A stretch of 64,000 nt of DNA, from contig JASCQW010000133.1 in NCBI GenBank assembly GCA_030264375.1, positions 43,972,884 through 44,036,883 on the forward strand, written 5' to 3'. How positions within the stretch are numbered: position 1 is the stretch's first letter; each line of letters opens with the position of its first letter. Shown piece after piece: positions 10,823 to 23,560 of this stretch. The DNA is from Carcharhinus longimanus. Taxonomy: Eukaryota. Position numbers and translations under genes: made by a program. The notes under the pieces were generated by a model, which was not told where the DNA came from, searched no databases, and was given only the letters and a program-made list of their open reading frames with translations.

Positions 10823-13800
10823 TAGGGATAGTATTCCAGAGCTTAAAGCCTAGGCAACTGAAGGCACAGCTGGCAAATGCGCAGTGATTAAAATTAGGGA
10901 TGTTCAAAAGGCCCGAATTAGAAGAATGTGAAATACATGCACTTCGAAGAGTTGAGGAGCTGAAGGAGATTACAGAGATAAGGAGGGGTGAGATCATGGA
11001 GGATTTTGAAAACAAAAATGATCATTTTAAGATCAAGATGTGCTTGAGCAGGTGCAATGTAGGTCAGCAAGCAGCAGAGTGCTAGTAAACCAGGACTTGG
11101 TGTAAAATACGGTTGAGTAGCAGAGTCTTGGATGACATTAAGTTTACAGAGCAGAACAGGGAAGAGCAGCCTGCAGTGCAGTGGAATGAGAGTTTCAACA
11201 GCAGATGAACTGAGACAGGGTGAAGTTGATAGATGTTACAGAGGTGAGAATAGGCAGTCTCGGGACAACAAAAATATGAAATTGGACACTCAGCTCATGG
11301 TCAAATATGACTTCAAGATTGGGGACAGATTAGTTTTGTCTCAAGACTGTGGCCCAGGAGAGGGATGGAGTTGGTAGCCAGGAGACAGAGTTTGAAGCAG
11401 TAACCAAAAAGGCTTCAGATTCCCACTCTTTAATGGAGAATATTTCTGCCCATCTGTATGTTAGATAAAAAGTTTGATAATTTAGCAACAGTGGAGAGGC
11501 TGAGAGAGGACGTGGTGAGGAAGAGCTTTGTGTCATTAGTATGCATGTGAAAACTAATGCTGTGCTTTTGGACAGTACACCAAGGGGCAGCATGTAGATG
11601 AGAAATAGAAGAGGATAAAGGATAGATTCCTGGAAGGTACCAGAGATAAAGGTGCAAGGTCAGGAAGAGCAGCTATTGCAAATGAAACAATGGCCATAAT
11701 TAGATGAGTAAGAATGGAACAAGGTGAGAGCAGTGCCAACTGGCCCGGCAACAGTGGAGAGGCAATGGGAGGGAGCACACCGCCTTCCTGGGATCAACCG
11801 TGTCAATAGCTGCAGATAGGTTCTGCAGTTTTTAAAATTAATTTACCAACTAAATGTAGCTTTCCTTAGGGAAAAAAATAGAAAAAGTGTGTGTGCACGT
11901 GTATGCACATAGGATCATATAATGTTCATAAGATTTATGGCTTTTCATGGTTACCATCCATGGTTTGCCAGCAAGGTTACAGTATTACAACCTTTTGCAT
12001 TGCTTTGCATATTTCATCAGACATTAAGTGCATGAAGTGTACAAGGCACAAACAACCATTGCTGAAGTAGAACTAAAGGAGGGAGCAACTCCTACAGAAT
12101 ATATAAGGGAGTGATTTTATGGCTGCTGCCTCATTTCAGTGGGCTTAATGACTTGTCATTGGGACTGATAGCTGTTCCCAACTATTATTCTGTCTATAGC
12201 TATAGACTGAAGAACATACAGTACTCAATGGGTTACACAGAACAGTAATTTCATTTTTAATATGGATGGATGAAAGAATTATGAATACAAGCACCAACAA
12301 GCTAAATATCTTATCTTATTCTACAACCAATCTGGTGGATTTGGTTTGCTGCGAGTCTGTACCCATGGTATATAATTCTCTAAAGTACGTACAATTTAAA
12401 AAGGCAAAACCATTTCCTTCCTGAACACGCTGGATTCATTTCTATTAACTGTACACTATTTTAATGTAAACTCCTGCGAAATACATAATTGCTTTCCCAG
12501 ATTGTTCCCAAGCATGTTAAATCAGGATTAGAGACATTAAAATTCTAGTCAGCCCCCGTAAGGCTTTTCTGATGAGAAGTCATTTTTTACCAAAATAAAG
12601 TAGGTTAAAAAGTACTATAAACAGTATGTAATTCAAAATGCTTTTTGTGGTAAGTATCAATGTTTAACTTGTTGTTTCCTTCAAAACATGTAATAAAAGA
12701 TCATAACGATTAATGGAAAAATAGCATGTTTAATTTAAGCGAAGTTTGAATAGTCAAAGGAATCAGACTTCCCTTGTAATTGCAAAGCCTCCCTCTCTCT
12801 CTTCAATGTGGGTAGACAGCAGATTAAGGGGCTGAACGAGTTTTTAAAATGGCTCAGTCTTAAACTAATTAATACTTAAGAAACTGGAGTGCTTTTTCCA
12901 CCCCAAGAAGTCTAAATCTTCTACTTAAAATTGCCTTGCTTCTTTCTTATTCAGTTAGAAACACTGAATTAACTTGAAACACTGAAAATGTTCTTATACA
13001 GAGTTTGTACCAAATTACTTTGAACCTTCACAGATTGACAAATTACAGATTTTAATTTTCATCTCCTCCTAACACCCCTCACCATAAAATTGATGCCAAA
13101 GATTGCCTCTTCTGGACTGAAGATTTAGATACACTGCAAGCCTTATATTAATACTTTTGCCTTTACGAGGAAGGAGGCAACTTGTTTATCTGTTAGTCCA
13201 CAGGTTGCAATCCCACTGGGTCACGTTTACTGAGGCTGCTATGTTCATTAATGTTTACTATAGTATCTTTTTCATCCGGAAATGGAAGCCCTGCCCAACA
13301 AACAGCAGGAAGCTTGACCTCTAAGCATGTCCACGTATTAAGCCTGAAGTCACAGACTCCCTCTGGAGAGCCATCAGCTGCAGAGTTTTTCTTCCCTATT
13401 CTCTCCATTAGCTACGGTATATGAATCACTTTCCTCTGAGCTCCATAAAACTCCCCTAAGGAAAGGGCTTTTAAAGCTCTCGAGGTCACAAACCCCCAAG
13501 CTATGCTGGCTAAAACAGTTGTAGAAACCTATTTTGCAAAGGGAGTTGAGCATGAAGTCTCAGTAGTTTAAAAAGCTCCCCAAGGAGTCGATGTTTTATC
13601 TCCTGATACACTTTTGCTTCTCCCTAGCAGCCAACCTCTAGCACTTCATTCAGAGCCTTTATATGCTCCTAGAATGTAGAGTTGATATAAGGATCCGGTT
13701 TCCCTCATCTCCATTCAGATACCAAACTGCCATATAAACTTCAGAGTTGGCAACCACACAAAATGCCACAGGCTCTTGGCAATGTCATAACTAGGATTTC

Positions 13801-16800
13801 TTTCCATGCAAGGTGCCTGCATATATCAGCGTAACAGCACAGAAGGGAAGGCTTGGCAAAGGAGGAGTAAAATTATGCTGGCAGCAGACAGCACTCTATA
13901 CACATATGTCATTTTGCAGTCACGGCAACATTTTATCACCAACACGCCTCCTTCCCCCGACACTTGAACCAGTTCCAAATTGTAACACATGTTCCACTGC
14001 CTTTTATGTTATAAACACATTAAACACTTTTACGACGAGCATTTTTCGCGTACAACCAAAATATTAGTCTGTTGCCAGTTGGTGTCAAATCCATCCCATC
14101 CCCCTCTCTTCTTACTACAGAGCAGCTGCTGCAGCTTATCATGGCTGTCTGTCCATTAACTTTACAAATTAACACCCTATCAGGGCAGTGCAGCACCGAT
14201 TCATCAGTGAATGCCTGTCTGGTGGTTTATCGCTACAAACTGCTGCTGCTGACTCTTTGGAGGCAGTATCTGGACAAGAGAGAAAGGAGAAGAAAGAAGT
14301 GAAAGGCAGATGAAGGAGATAGAAAGCAGGGAAGAGGAACAAAAAGATAAAGGGATTACAGAAAAACAAGTCAAGCTGCCTGGCCAAAGAACAGNNNNNN
14401 NNNNNNNNNNNNNNNNNNNNNNNNNNNNNNNNNNNNNNNNNNNNNNNNNNNNNNNNNNNNNNNNNNNNNNNNNNNNNNNNNNNNNNNNNNNNNNCAACTA
14501 AAGAGGGAGAAGCAAAAAAAGAGAATCTTGGAAAAAGACCCAAATCAAATTTGTAGCATTAACATGGCTTGTGAAATCAAATTGGTTAAATCCAAATTAA
14601 CATTAGCCTTAGCTGTACCTGTAAAGTAAAAGTACATCTAATTAGCTTGATCCAAATAAACTCCAGTAATTTTTCTCTCAATCTTGCAATATGACATCAC
14701 TCAAACATTTTGCAATAGGCAGGCACACATTCAGCACTATAGAATAAAACTCATCATTTCATCATGTCTGTAATCTAAGTATAATTTACCTGTGTTTCAG
14801 AGGGTTGATTCAAAACAGACACAAGCCAATCTCCTCTGAAATGCCACACATTTGATCTACATGTTGCAAAATACTGTGCCAGTGTAAACAAGGCTCATCT
14901 CATGCATTGGCTGCATGCCAATGTGGATTCAGACTAACGTCAGTATAACCTGGCAGCAGACTGTGGCCATAATTCCCCTCTTACAATTGATAAATTTCCC
15001 TCTTCTGGGAGCTGCAGCTACCAGGTTCCACTTATGCTGCTTTTTCATAATTCAATTGTTAGTGCACCTCTCTGTGGTTAAACCTTCTACTCTTACTCCT
15101 TTATTCCAGACTTCTCCTCCATCAACCCTATCCATCCTTTTGAAACCTCCAGTCTACATGCACAATTTTGTTTCCAAATCACAGACTCTCAGTGCTCACA
15201 GTGAAAGTCCTCAAGGTGCAATGGTTGAACCACCTCTTGATCCCTCCCTTCAATTGAGTATTGAAAATCTCCATGTTTCAAGTCTAATCAATAGCTTTTA
15301 CTCATGGTCCTTCATGAATCGCCTCATTGGCCTCCTAGCACAAACTGAATTCCTGAGACTGGCTTTGAAAAAGCTTGACCAACTCTTTTGTGTCAAACAA
15401 TACTTCTTAACATATTCTGATTTAGCCCAAGTCTGCAAACGTTTCATATGGCTCCTGTAACTGTGATAAGTTTGACATCTAAAACGTGACAGGAAGTAAG
15501 GGTGTACTTTTTAACATGCTTCATAAGTTTAGTGATTAGAATGTAGGAAAGTTATTGGAGATGACTCAGCATGTCACTTAAATAACTACAGCATAATAAA
15601 TTGATATCACAAATAGTACAGGAACTACAGAAAGTAATTATTCAAGAAGCAAANNNNNNNNNNAGCAAACTGTGAGAACTGATTAAGAATGAAGTGAAAA
15701 TCTGGGCTATCTTCACTGAATCTAACTGCAAGCCATACTAACCACCACACTGATATGATTGCATTGTCCAAGTCACATGCAATCAGGTTTGCCTCAGTCA
15801 AAAATGAAAGCAAAGCAATGATGCATCTGCTAACTAGGCCAACGCTCATTCATGCTGGCCAATGCTTTGAACCAAATTTATTGTACGGATGAGAATTTTA
15901 TCAAGTCTTTTACCCTCTTTTAAGGTCAAACCAAATAAACAAATTCAAGTTAAGTTAGGACAAAGTAAAAGGGGCAGCTCCCCAAAAGAAAGGGGTTTTC
16001 ATGAGATGTAGCATTCAAGAATTGAACCAGTTAATAACTAATCGTCACTATGAACGACAAGCTGACATTGGGCTACTTTGTTCCACAAATGGGCATTTGA
16101 AGGTTCAGGACATCCAAGATAGTCGTTCCACATGACGGGAACACATTTGAATTTCGAGTCACTTTGATTTAAGAAGTATAAAATCACAGTGTGAACGTGG
16201 CTCTATTTCACAAAAAATTCCCAAATAGCATACAAAGTAGTGAATAAGGTTTTAAATGATGTGACAAAAATTCTTGTCACAAAAATATGACAAAGGCTTA
16301 TAAGTGGACCACAGCATACCACCGAGCGTTACAAAATGTGATGGAAAGCAGCAACTTATAAAATGAAAAGGCCTTTTAACTTAGGAGTGTCATGTTATGG
16401 TAAAAGTTGCATAATACCATATGAACTATAGAGATAAGATGTAATTGCAGATTGAATTAATCTTTGCAGAAAATCAGGTCTGGACTTTGTTACCACTGAA
16501 TTAGATAGAGATCTGTGTTCAGCCCTCCCACAACTGCTAGATATTTAGAAAGGCTTTACTGCCTGGTACTTGAGGTTTATCAATTCTGCAATCATCATTT
16601 TTGCAACACTTCATGTAAGATCAACAAATGTATAATAAAGATATACTGTCAAAAATCCTACTGCAAGGATGTAGAAACAGGTATAAGGTGGATAACTGTT
16701 TGATTTTTGGAGGTAAAAATATGCACATATTTTAACAGTGTATTATTAAGGATGTACTGGGTGTGACAAACTTTGCACTAATGGTGACAAAGATGTTGGT

Positions 16801-17774
16801 GGAATATAAAATATTCTTTTTCAAAGCTTCCATTTGTGTCAACCGTAGAGGCTATTTAGATTATTAAAATTTAACTCCCAACCCCCATTATAATTATGAA
16901 CTTTCAGGATCAGCAGCGCTGCTTTGTTCCAAATGATTAAAAACATTTCACTGAACTATTTCCATGCATTTGCACACAGATCACTGAGAAATAAGCAAGC
17001 AGATTGTTTTGCTGCTAAAGATTTGTTAATACAAAAGGAAGTTGGAGGAGTGTAAAAACTGCAATGGTGTGGTGCATCCAAACTCAGTTCTCACCCAAAT
17101 TATGGTGCAAACCAGAAAAAAAATTCTAGTTTCCGCTGGAAACACGAAGAAAAATATTCCTCGAAGAATAATCTCTGAATTTATCGCAGTTCAGTTACAC
17201 TTTGATTATCGACTACATTTTTTGAAGATGCGTTAACACTTGAATACTGAAGGTGGTTCAGAAATGCATAGATATATACAGAAATGCATTATGTATCTGA
17301 GAAGTGCAGAAAATTCATGAACCAAGCAACAATGACCCACAGGAACATCTAAGCTAATATATCACCAAAAACTCCTCATTTTCTTTATTAACAAAACAAG
17401 CAAAGGTGCAGCATCATCTATACCGAGAAATTTGATAACAATCTTTGCTCTTATAAGATTTTCTATCTCAGATAGGGTGTCTGTACTAAAACACACCATT
17501 TCTTTTCTGGTAAGCTGCAAACAGACTTTAGCAGATAATTCAAAAAACTCTGGCCAAACTGAATTTTATCTGATGAACATGCAACCTAAGACAAGCATCT
17601 ACAGCAAATCTTTGTTAAAGCAGCACTCCAGGAAACAAAAAGTAAAAGATTCTAATCAATGTTTTTGATACAGGATTTAATAGATGATAAGGTTTCATAT
17701 ATTTACCACTGTTTTTCTTAGTAACACCAGACTTTAGTGTCTCATTGTAAGTCCTTTTAACACTGGAGATGTCT

Positions 17775-18260
17775 TATAGAGTCATAGAGGTTTACAGCAT
17801 GAAAACAGGCCCTTTGGCCCAACTTGCCCACGCTACCCTNNNNNNNNNNNNNNNNNNNNNNNNNNNNNNNNNNNNNNNNNNNNNNNNNNNNNNNNNNNNN
17901 NNNNNNNNNNNNNNNNNNNNNNNNNNNNNNNNNNNNNNNNNNNNNNNNNNNTTTAAAACCCTAAGCTTATCCCAATTGCCCGCATTTGGCCCATATCCTT
18001 CTTTTGTCCAACTTATCCATGTAACTATCCAAATGCTTTTTAAAAGGCAAAATTGTACCTGCTTTACCACTACCTCTGGCAGCTTGTTCCAGACACTCAC
18101 CATCCCGTGTGTGAAAAAATTGCCCCTATGGACAGTTTTGTATCTCTCCCCTCTCATCTTAAACCTATGCCCTCTAAGTTTTAGACTCCCTTGCCTTTGG
18201 GAAAAGATATTGACTATCTATCTTATCTGTACTCCTCATTATTTTATAGACCTCTATCAG
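17775..18260 (-). mobile_element. CR1 LINE 3' end (with N gap)
   Basis: ORF-track peptide RGERYKTVHRGNFFTHGMVSVWNKLPEVVV is the CR1 ORF2 C-terminus; ctatgactctat tail. Confidence 0.85.
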
Positions 18261-20029
18261 GTCTTCTCAGATAAACTGAGCAGGAATTTAAATCTTCAGT
18301 GGAAACATTGAAAATGCATTTCAATGCCAAACTGATACAAAAGCTTGTCCCAAGTTTTATTTTGCATCATATCTTCCTTCAATGAAACAAACATCTGGCC
18401 ATTCCTGTTGACCAGGAATTGTGTACTCCATAGTATGCCTTGGTCGATAACTCGCAGAGTCAAACCCCTGATGTTAAGTATCGCAAAGCTGAATAATACT
18501 GAATCTGGTCACTACTGAATTAAATGCTCCCTAGCTGGCTTTCATTCTTTGCAATTCCACATTGCCTTCATTCCGATTATTGAGAGATTCAAGTGGAAGC
18601 CAGGCAATTAACACATGGAAGGAAAAAAAACCATGGCAAAATGCTGTGATGACTCTTTCTGTCTATCCTATGGTGACTTCGAAGCCAAGCACATAAATCC
18701 CCTCTAACCTCTTGCTGGAGCATTGCCGATCCAGGAAATCGGAAGAAGAGGAACTCAATCAAAGTTTTGTTCTGTTTTCTTAACTTTGTCAATCAAAACG
18801 GCTCCCACTTCTGGTCTAATTGTTACCAAATTTGCCTGTTTCTCTTACAATCTCACTGCAATTTTGTTTTCTATAACTCAAAATAACCTGTTTGACTTTT
18901 CGCTGCAGAAATCTATTGAAATTGCATTCATCTAGCTCCAGCATACACAGGCAGGTGACTGCAGTGGAAGGTTTGGGAATCTGGTGCATTTATACATTTG
19001 CCAGATACAGGGTAAATATTACAAGCAACATCAGCACATTTTTAAAAGAATACAGTTATCCTGTTTTGATCGAGACCCAAGTTCCAGTTTCCAGAGGACC
19101 TGGTCTCTGTCAATTTAACTGAATGATTCAAAAATGCTTCATATTTCATAATGATGTACAATCTGAAAAAGGGCTGTGCGCCACTATCAACATGCAGCCA
19201 ATATGGGCTTGACAACCCACTGTACTACCTTATTTTCTCATGCAAAACAGCTTATCATATCATCAGTTCTTCAGAATCAGAAAATTATCCCTAGTTGGAT
19301 GCAACTAAAAAGAACTCCAGGCATGGTTTTGGGATGTTTGTGTGGAGCTCTGCATTCCTCCACTCAATAGTGATACAGGCTGGAAGTAGACTGTGACTAC
19401 CTGCTCATACTACTCACAGAAATGGAAGTGAATAAGCTTTCTCTTTACATTACAGAACCTAATACAGCAGTTAGCCAAACGTCCAGCTACTTTAGTACCA
19501 TCATGATGCAAACTTGATGCGACCACTGAGCTGTTGACATTACCACTAACACTTCCCACTTCAACTGCAGTTTTACTGGCACCAAATCATGATCTAGTGG
19601 ATATTTAATATAAAATATATGCTTCATGAAATACACATATTGGGTTTACACTGGTTTTGTAACCAGGGAGTAGACCAGATATGGAAATAAGCAGCTGCTG
19701 TAATTTGGGTGGCCAGCAAAGCGGTTTCATGCATTCTTCTGTGGCCCTCTCGTCTTCCACTACAGTAATCATCAGCTGTTTAATTGGGTAAAGTTTTTAA
19801 TCTAGTTCAAATTCATGCTTCTCTATATTAAGAAGCAGTTGTCAGCAGATAATCTTTCAGTATGCATGGTTTGCCAATGCTACTTGTACAGATTTAAAGC
19901 AAACTCTTGTGGAAAAGAAGTACAAACTGCTCACTGATAACTAACATAAACCCTGCTACATCAACAAAGCAATGCCCGATAGGTTCTCAAGCCTCGAAAC
20001 ATTTATCTGGTTGTAGATTTTTAAAAATT

Positions 20030-20860
20030 TATTCGAGGCTACCATATATTGCCTATCTCTGTTGCCCTCGAGAAGGTGAGCTACCTTCTGAAACTGTTGC
20101 AATCTATGTAGTGTAGATTAACCTACAGTGCTGTTAGGAAGGGAATGCTAGGATCCTGATCCAGTGACAGTGAAGGAACGATCACAGTCAGGATGGAGTG
20201 TGGCCTGGAGAGGAAAGGTGGTGTTCCCCTATGCCTGCTGTTCTTGTCCTTCAAGATGGTAGAAATCACAGGTTTGGGAAATGCTGAAGGAGCACTGGTG
20301 AGTTCCTGCATCAAATCTTGTAGATGGTACACACTGTTGCTGCTGATGGTGGAATGAATTAATGTTGAAGGTGGGGAATGGGGTGCCTACCAAACAAGCT
20401 GGACGGCGTTGAGTTTCTTAAGTGTTAAGTGTTGGAGCCGCACTCATCCGGATAAGTGGAGAGTTTTCCATCACATTCCTGACTTGTGCCTTGTAGATGG
20501 TGGACGGTTTTGGGGAGTCAGAAGGAGAATTGCTTGCTGTAGAATTCCCAGTCTCTGACCTGCCCTTGTAGCCACAGTATGCATATGACTGATTCAATTC
20601 AGTTTCTGGTCAATGGTAAACACCCCCAAGGATGTTGATAGTGGAAGCAATGGCAATGTCACTGAATGTCAAGAAAAGAATATTAAAGTCTGTCATACTG
20701 AAGATGAGCCTTGCCTGGTACTTGCGTCATGTAAATATTATTTGCCATGTTACCAGCCCTATCCTGAATATGGTCCAGATTTTGCTGTATATGAACTTGG
20801 ATTGCTTCAATATCTCAGTTAGTGTGAATGGTGCTGAACATTGCACAAATCATCAATGTG
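20030..20860 (-). mobile_element. Degraded CR1/L2-group LINE ORF2 fragment
   Basis: Minus strand has atctacaaggcacaagtcaggaatgtgatggaa (IYKAQVRxVME) and gtgtaccatctacaagat motifs, and an F-x-DD-like relic near 20845. Confidence 0.7.
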
Positions 20861-22547
20861 GGTAATAAATTAATGTAACCTACTGTCCCTTTAATTGTCA
20901 GTAAATGATATCAGTGAAGAGATAGCAGATTTGAATCACAATTTCACAGGTAAATGCTTAACGTTTTAAGAAATAAATGCTTATGTGCGCTTCAGACTTC
21001 AGTGCCTTGTGGTTTTATGATACTGCAAAAAATGTACAAAGTCAAACCTTGTACCACTGAACATTAAACAGCTCTGGCTAAAGAACAGACCCTATCACAA
21101 CACTTCTGTTCGCATGATTAGTAGGCTATGCAGCCAAAAGATCAGATCTGCACCAGTATCAGCTTGCACATCTCTTCAAAAACTTAGTTACAAGTGCAAT
21201 TAGACAGGTTAATTTGTGCAATTAGTCAAGTGACCCGCCTAGAATGGTAATTTCAATACTGTGGGAAAATACTTTTTATCTTGACATATAAATCAATAAT
21301 TCAGTAGTGTGGGAAAGCATGAAACCGTTTCTCTGCAAGCACGAGACTGACATCCCGCTGATGTTGGTTAATGTGCTCGTAGATCAAACCTGATACAGGT
21401 TCATGGTTCACAAATTATGGAAATAGAGCAGACGGAGGTGGGGAGCAAGCAAGTGTGTTCAAAATAAACACCATAATGTGAAAAATCAACCTCAATAAAC
21501 TAGCTTTCAAACAGGGGCTAAAGTTCAGCAGACCACTGTCCTGCAAATAATGGACTCACCTTTTAATGTTAAAATATTACATTAACTCCTCACAATATGC
21601 AGGATTTCTCTCAACATTTTGGGCAAGTACTCTCACATAAATATGAAATTATACTGCCAAACATGTACTAGCTGGTGATCAAGGGAGAGATGGTCTCGAT
21701 GCTTGTGTACTTAAATATACTCAGATTATCCATCCTTGCTGGCAAGATTTTTGAATGGTAAAAAACCGCCAACATTAGTGACAATTCCTGTCAGATGTGA
21801 AGTCTGATTATCTGACTGCCTATGATACTTTGAAGTTCAGAGAGTTGATTGTGCTCCAACAGCTTTATTGCAGCAACAAGTATGAACTAAGTATTCCAAC
21901 GCCATCTCTTAAAGGCTTTCTTAAATAATTCCAGCACAAACTGGGCTGACAGTTCAGCTGCAATAATGCCATACACTGTGTCTTGCTGCAGTAATGAAAT
22001 GGCTTTGCAGCAGAGGTTTCTACTTGGAAGCTCATTTGTGTATTAACGTAAGCATGATTAAAAGCAATCTTAGTTATGTTTTGAACTTTTCCACAACAGA
22101 AAACCTGCATTTAGGCTGCAGCTACCTCACCCTTTGTTTCACGTACTACTTCAGTTATGTAGTCAATACTTGACACTTGTATGTGAAACAGAAACAATTC
22201 AAGAAGATTTTAACCAAATTTACATCACATTTAACCACAATAACCTAAAGCTTTAACTTGCATTATTAACACATAAATGTATACATATTTATATCAGACT
22301 TTCTTACAAAATATTAATCAGGAAAGAAAAAACATTAGGCCAATGGATTGTATCCATAGCGTTATGCCAACTGCTCATTTTAATTTTTGCAAACATTAAA
22401 TTTGGAAAATTATAACATTTCCAATCGGTAAGGAAGGACTTCATTGAAAATTTATACACGGCCTTCATTTCGTGAAGTTGCTGTTAGGAACCCTCTACAC
22501 AAAAGGCACAGTGAAGCCAACAGCCTTGTGCTTCATGCTGTTCTTAC

Positions 22548-22626
22548 CAGGCTATCAGCCTGCAGGCATTGTCTGCACAGAGGCTAATCCAAGTCTCCCT
22601 CAGTCTTGGCCTTGTAGCTCAGACAG
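22548..22626 (-). other. Candidate 79-nt non-coding (5' UTR) exon
   Basis: Acceptor cctttcattttttt(cg)tgctag| and donor CTG|gtaaga; stops in all three frames. Confidence 0.5.
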
Positions 22627-23208
22627 CTAGCACGAAAAAAATGAAAGGCTTGGCAGTGAAAAGCAAACCAGCTTATCCAAAGCTGAAGGGATATGCTGTT
22701 TTCTTTAATGTGTTATCAGTTTGATTCAGCTTCACGGAATTTCATTTGAAGTCCTCCCCTGCTCTGGATGAATGCGTGCGTAGGCTAGCCCTGTAGAAAT
22801 CACATTACACCAGTCTCCAGAAGGGAAGTGAAACAGTAAATGGGTTAATCTTGTCTCTATTTTCTCCCCACAGGACGGCTGATTCAACACACTATGTTTC
22901 ACCATGTTTCTTTAGGATACTGCTCCCCTGCTTCCATTCTCTACTTTTCTGCATCCCCAGGAAAACCATACCACCTCCTGGTATCTTTCAACAGCTTTAT
23001 CAGTGCTCAGATCTAATCAGCTGTGAAAAGCTGCACAGTCACAGCAGGGGAACCATTCCTTATTTCATCCCTTCAGCTTTTCCTTTTACACAACTTGAGA
23101 GTTACAGATAATTAGGTATCTCGGTGAGCACGCTTAAGCGCGTAAGCACTTCTTCCTCCTAGAAAGCCTTATCAGGTGTGGGCTAAGACGCTCAGTAAGC
23201 CTGCTCAC

Positions 23209-23560
23209 CTGCTGTGCTGCTCTGGCTTGTAATTAGAAGGATCCACACTTTGCTGCACAAAAGTAGACAGGGTCAGCATGAGCCTTCACTGAGCTTTGGT
23301 GCAAAATTGCAGCTGGCATGATTGATGGGAGGCATCAAAGGCAGCAGAGACAAGTCAGCTATCAGTATTTAATATTTTAAAAAGCCGTAAAGGCTGCAGT
23401 TGATCATGCAGAACATCAGTGAATAGATGAGCTAACCTGTGCTTGCTAATGTGCCATTTCTCGAATAATGAAAGGGCAGATGATCCGCAGCCGCCTGTCT
23501 GGCTGCAAATATGAACATGCTATCAGCAAAAGCCGCTATTTTAGTTCCCCCGCAGCTACA
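23209..23560 (-). promoter_or_regulatory. Candidate alternative promoter/first exon ending at the donor at 23209
   Basis: Donor CAG|gtgagc with no strong acceptor upstream, in a repeat-free, locally GC/CpG-enriched block containing CAGCTG E-boxes. The upstream boundary is uncertain. Confidence 0.35.

Larger units (their letters stand above)
10470..11820 (-). mobile_element. Degraded L2-type LINE (3' ~1.1 kb), interrupted by a mini-PLE
   Basis: Shares attaggtcagat..gaagacttggt.aaag..ttttaaggagtgtctt and ttccagagctta..gcctaggcaactgaag with the other copies. The RT motif region tgtcaatagctgcagatagg (DLSAAFD-like on minus) lies near 11800. Confidence 0.7.

Noticed and set aside
13193-13408. 71-aa ORF MERIGKKNSAADGSPEG...
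   Set aside because: No recognisable homology and no convincing splice donor; the length is compatible with chance.
14915-15460. 181-aa ORF (also the 170-aa ORF at 32764-33276 and the 142-aa ORF at 35837-36265)
   Set aside because: No domain motifs, composition typical of non-coding frames, and no splice support.
23536-23544. MEF2-like site CTATTTTAG
   Set aside because: One base shorter than the YTA(W)4TAR consensus.
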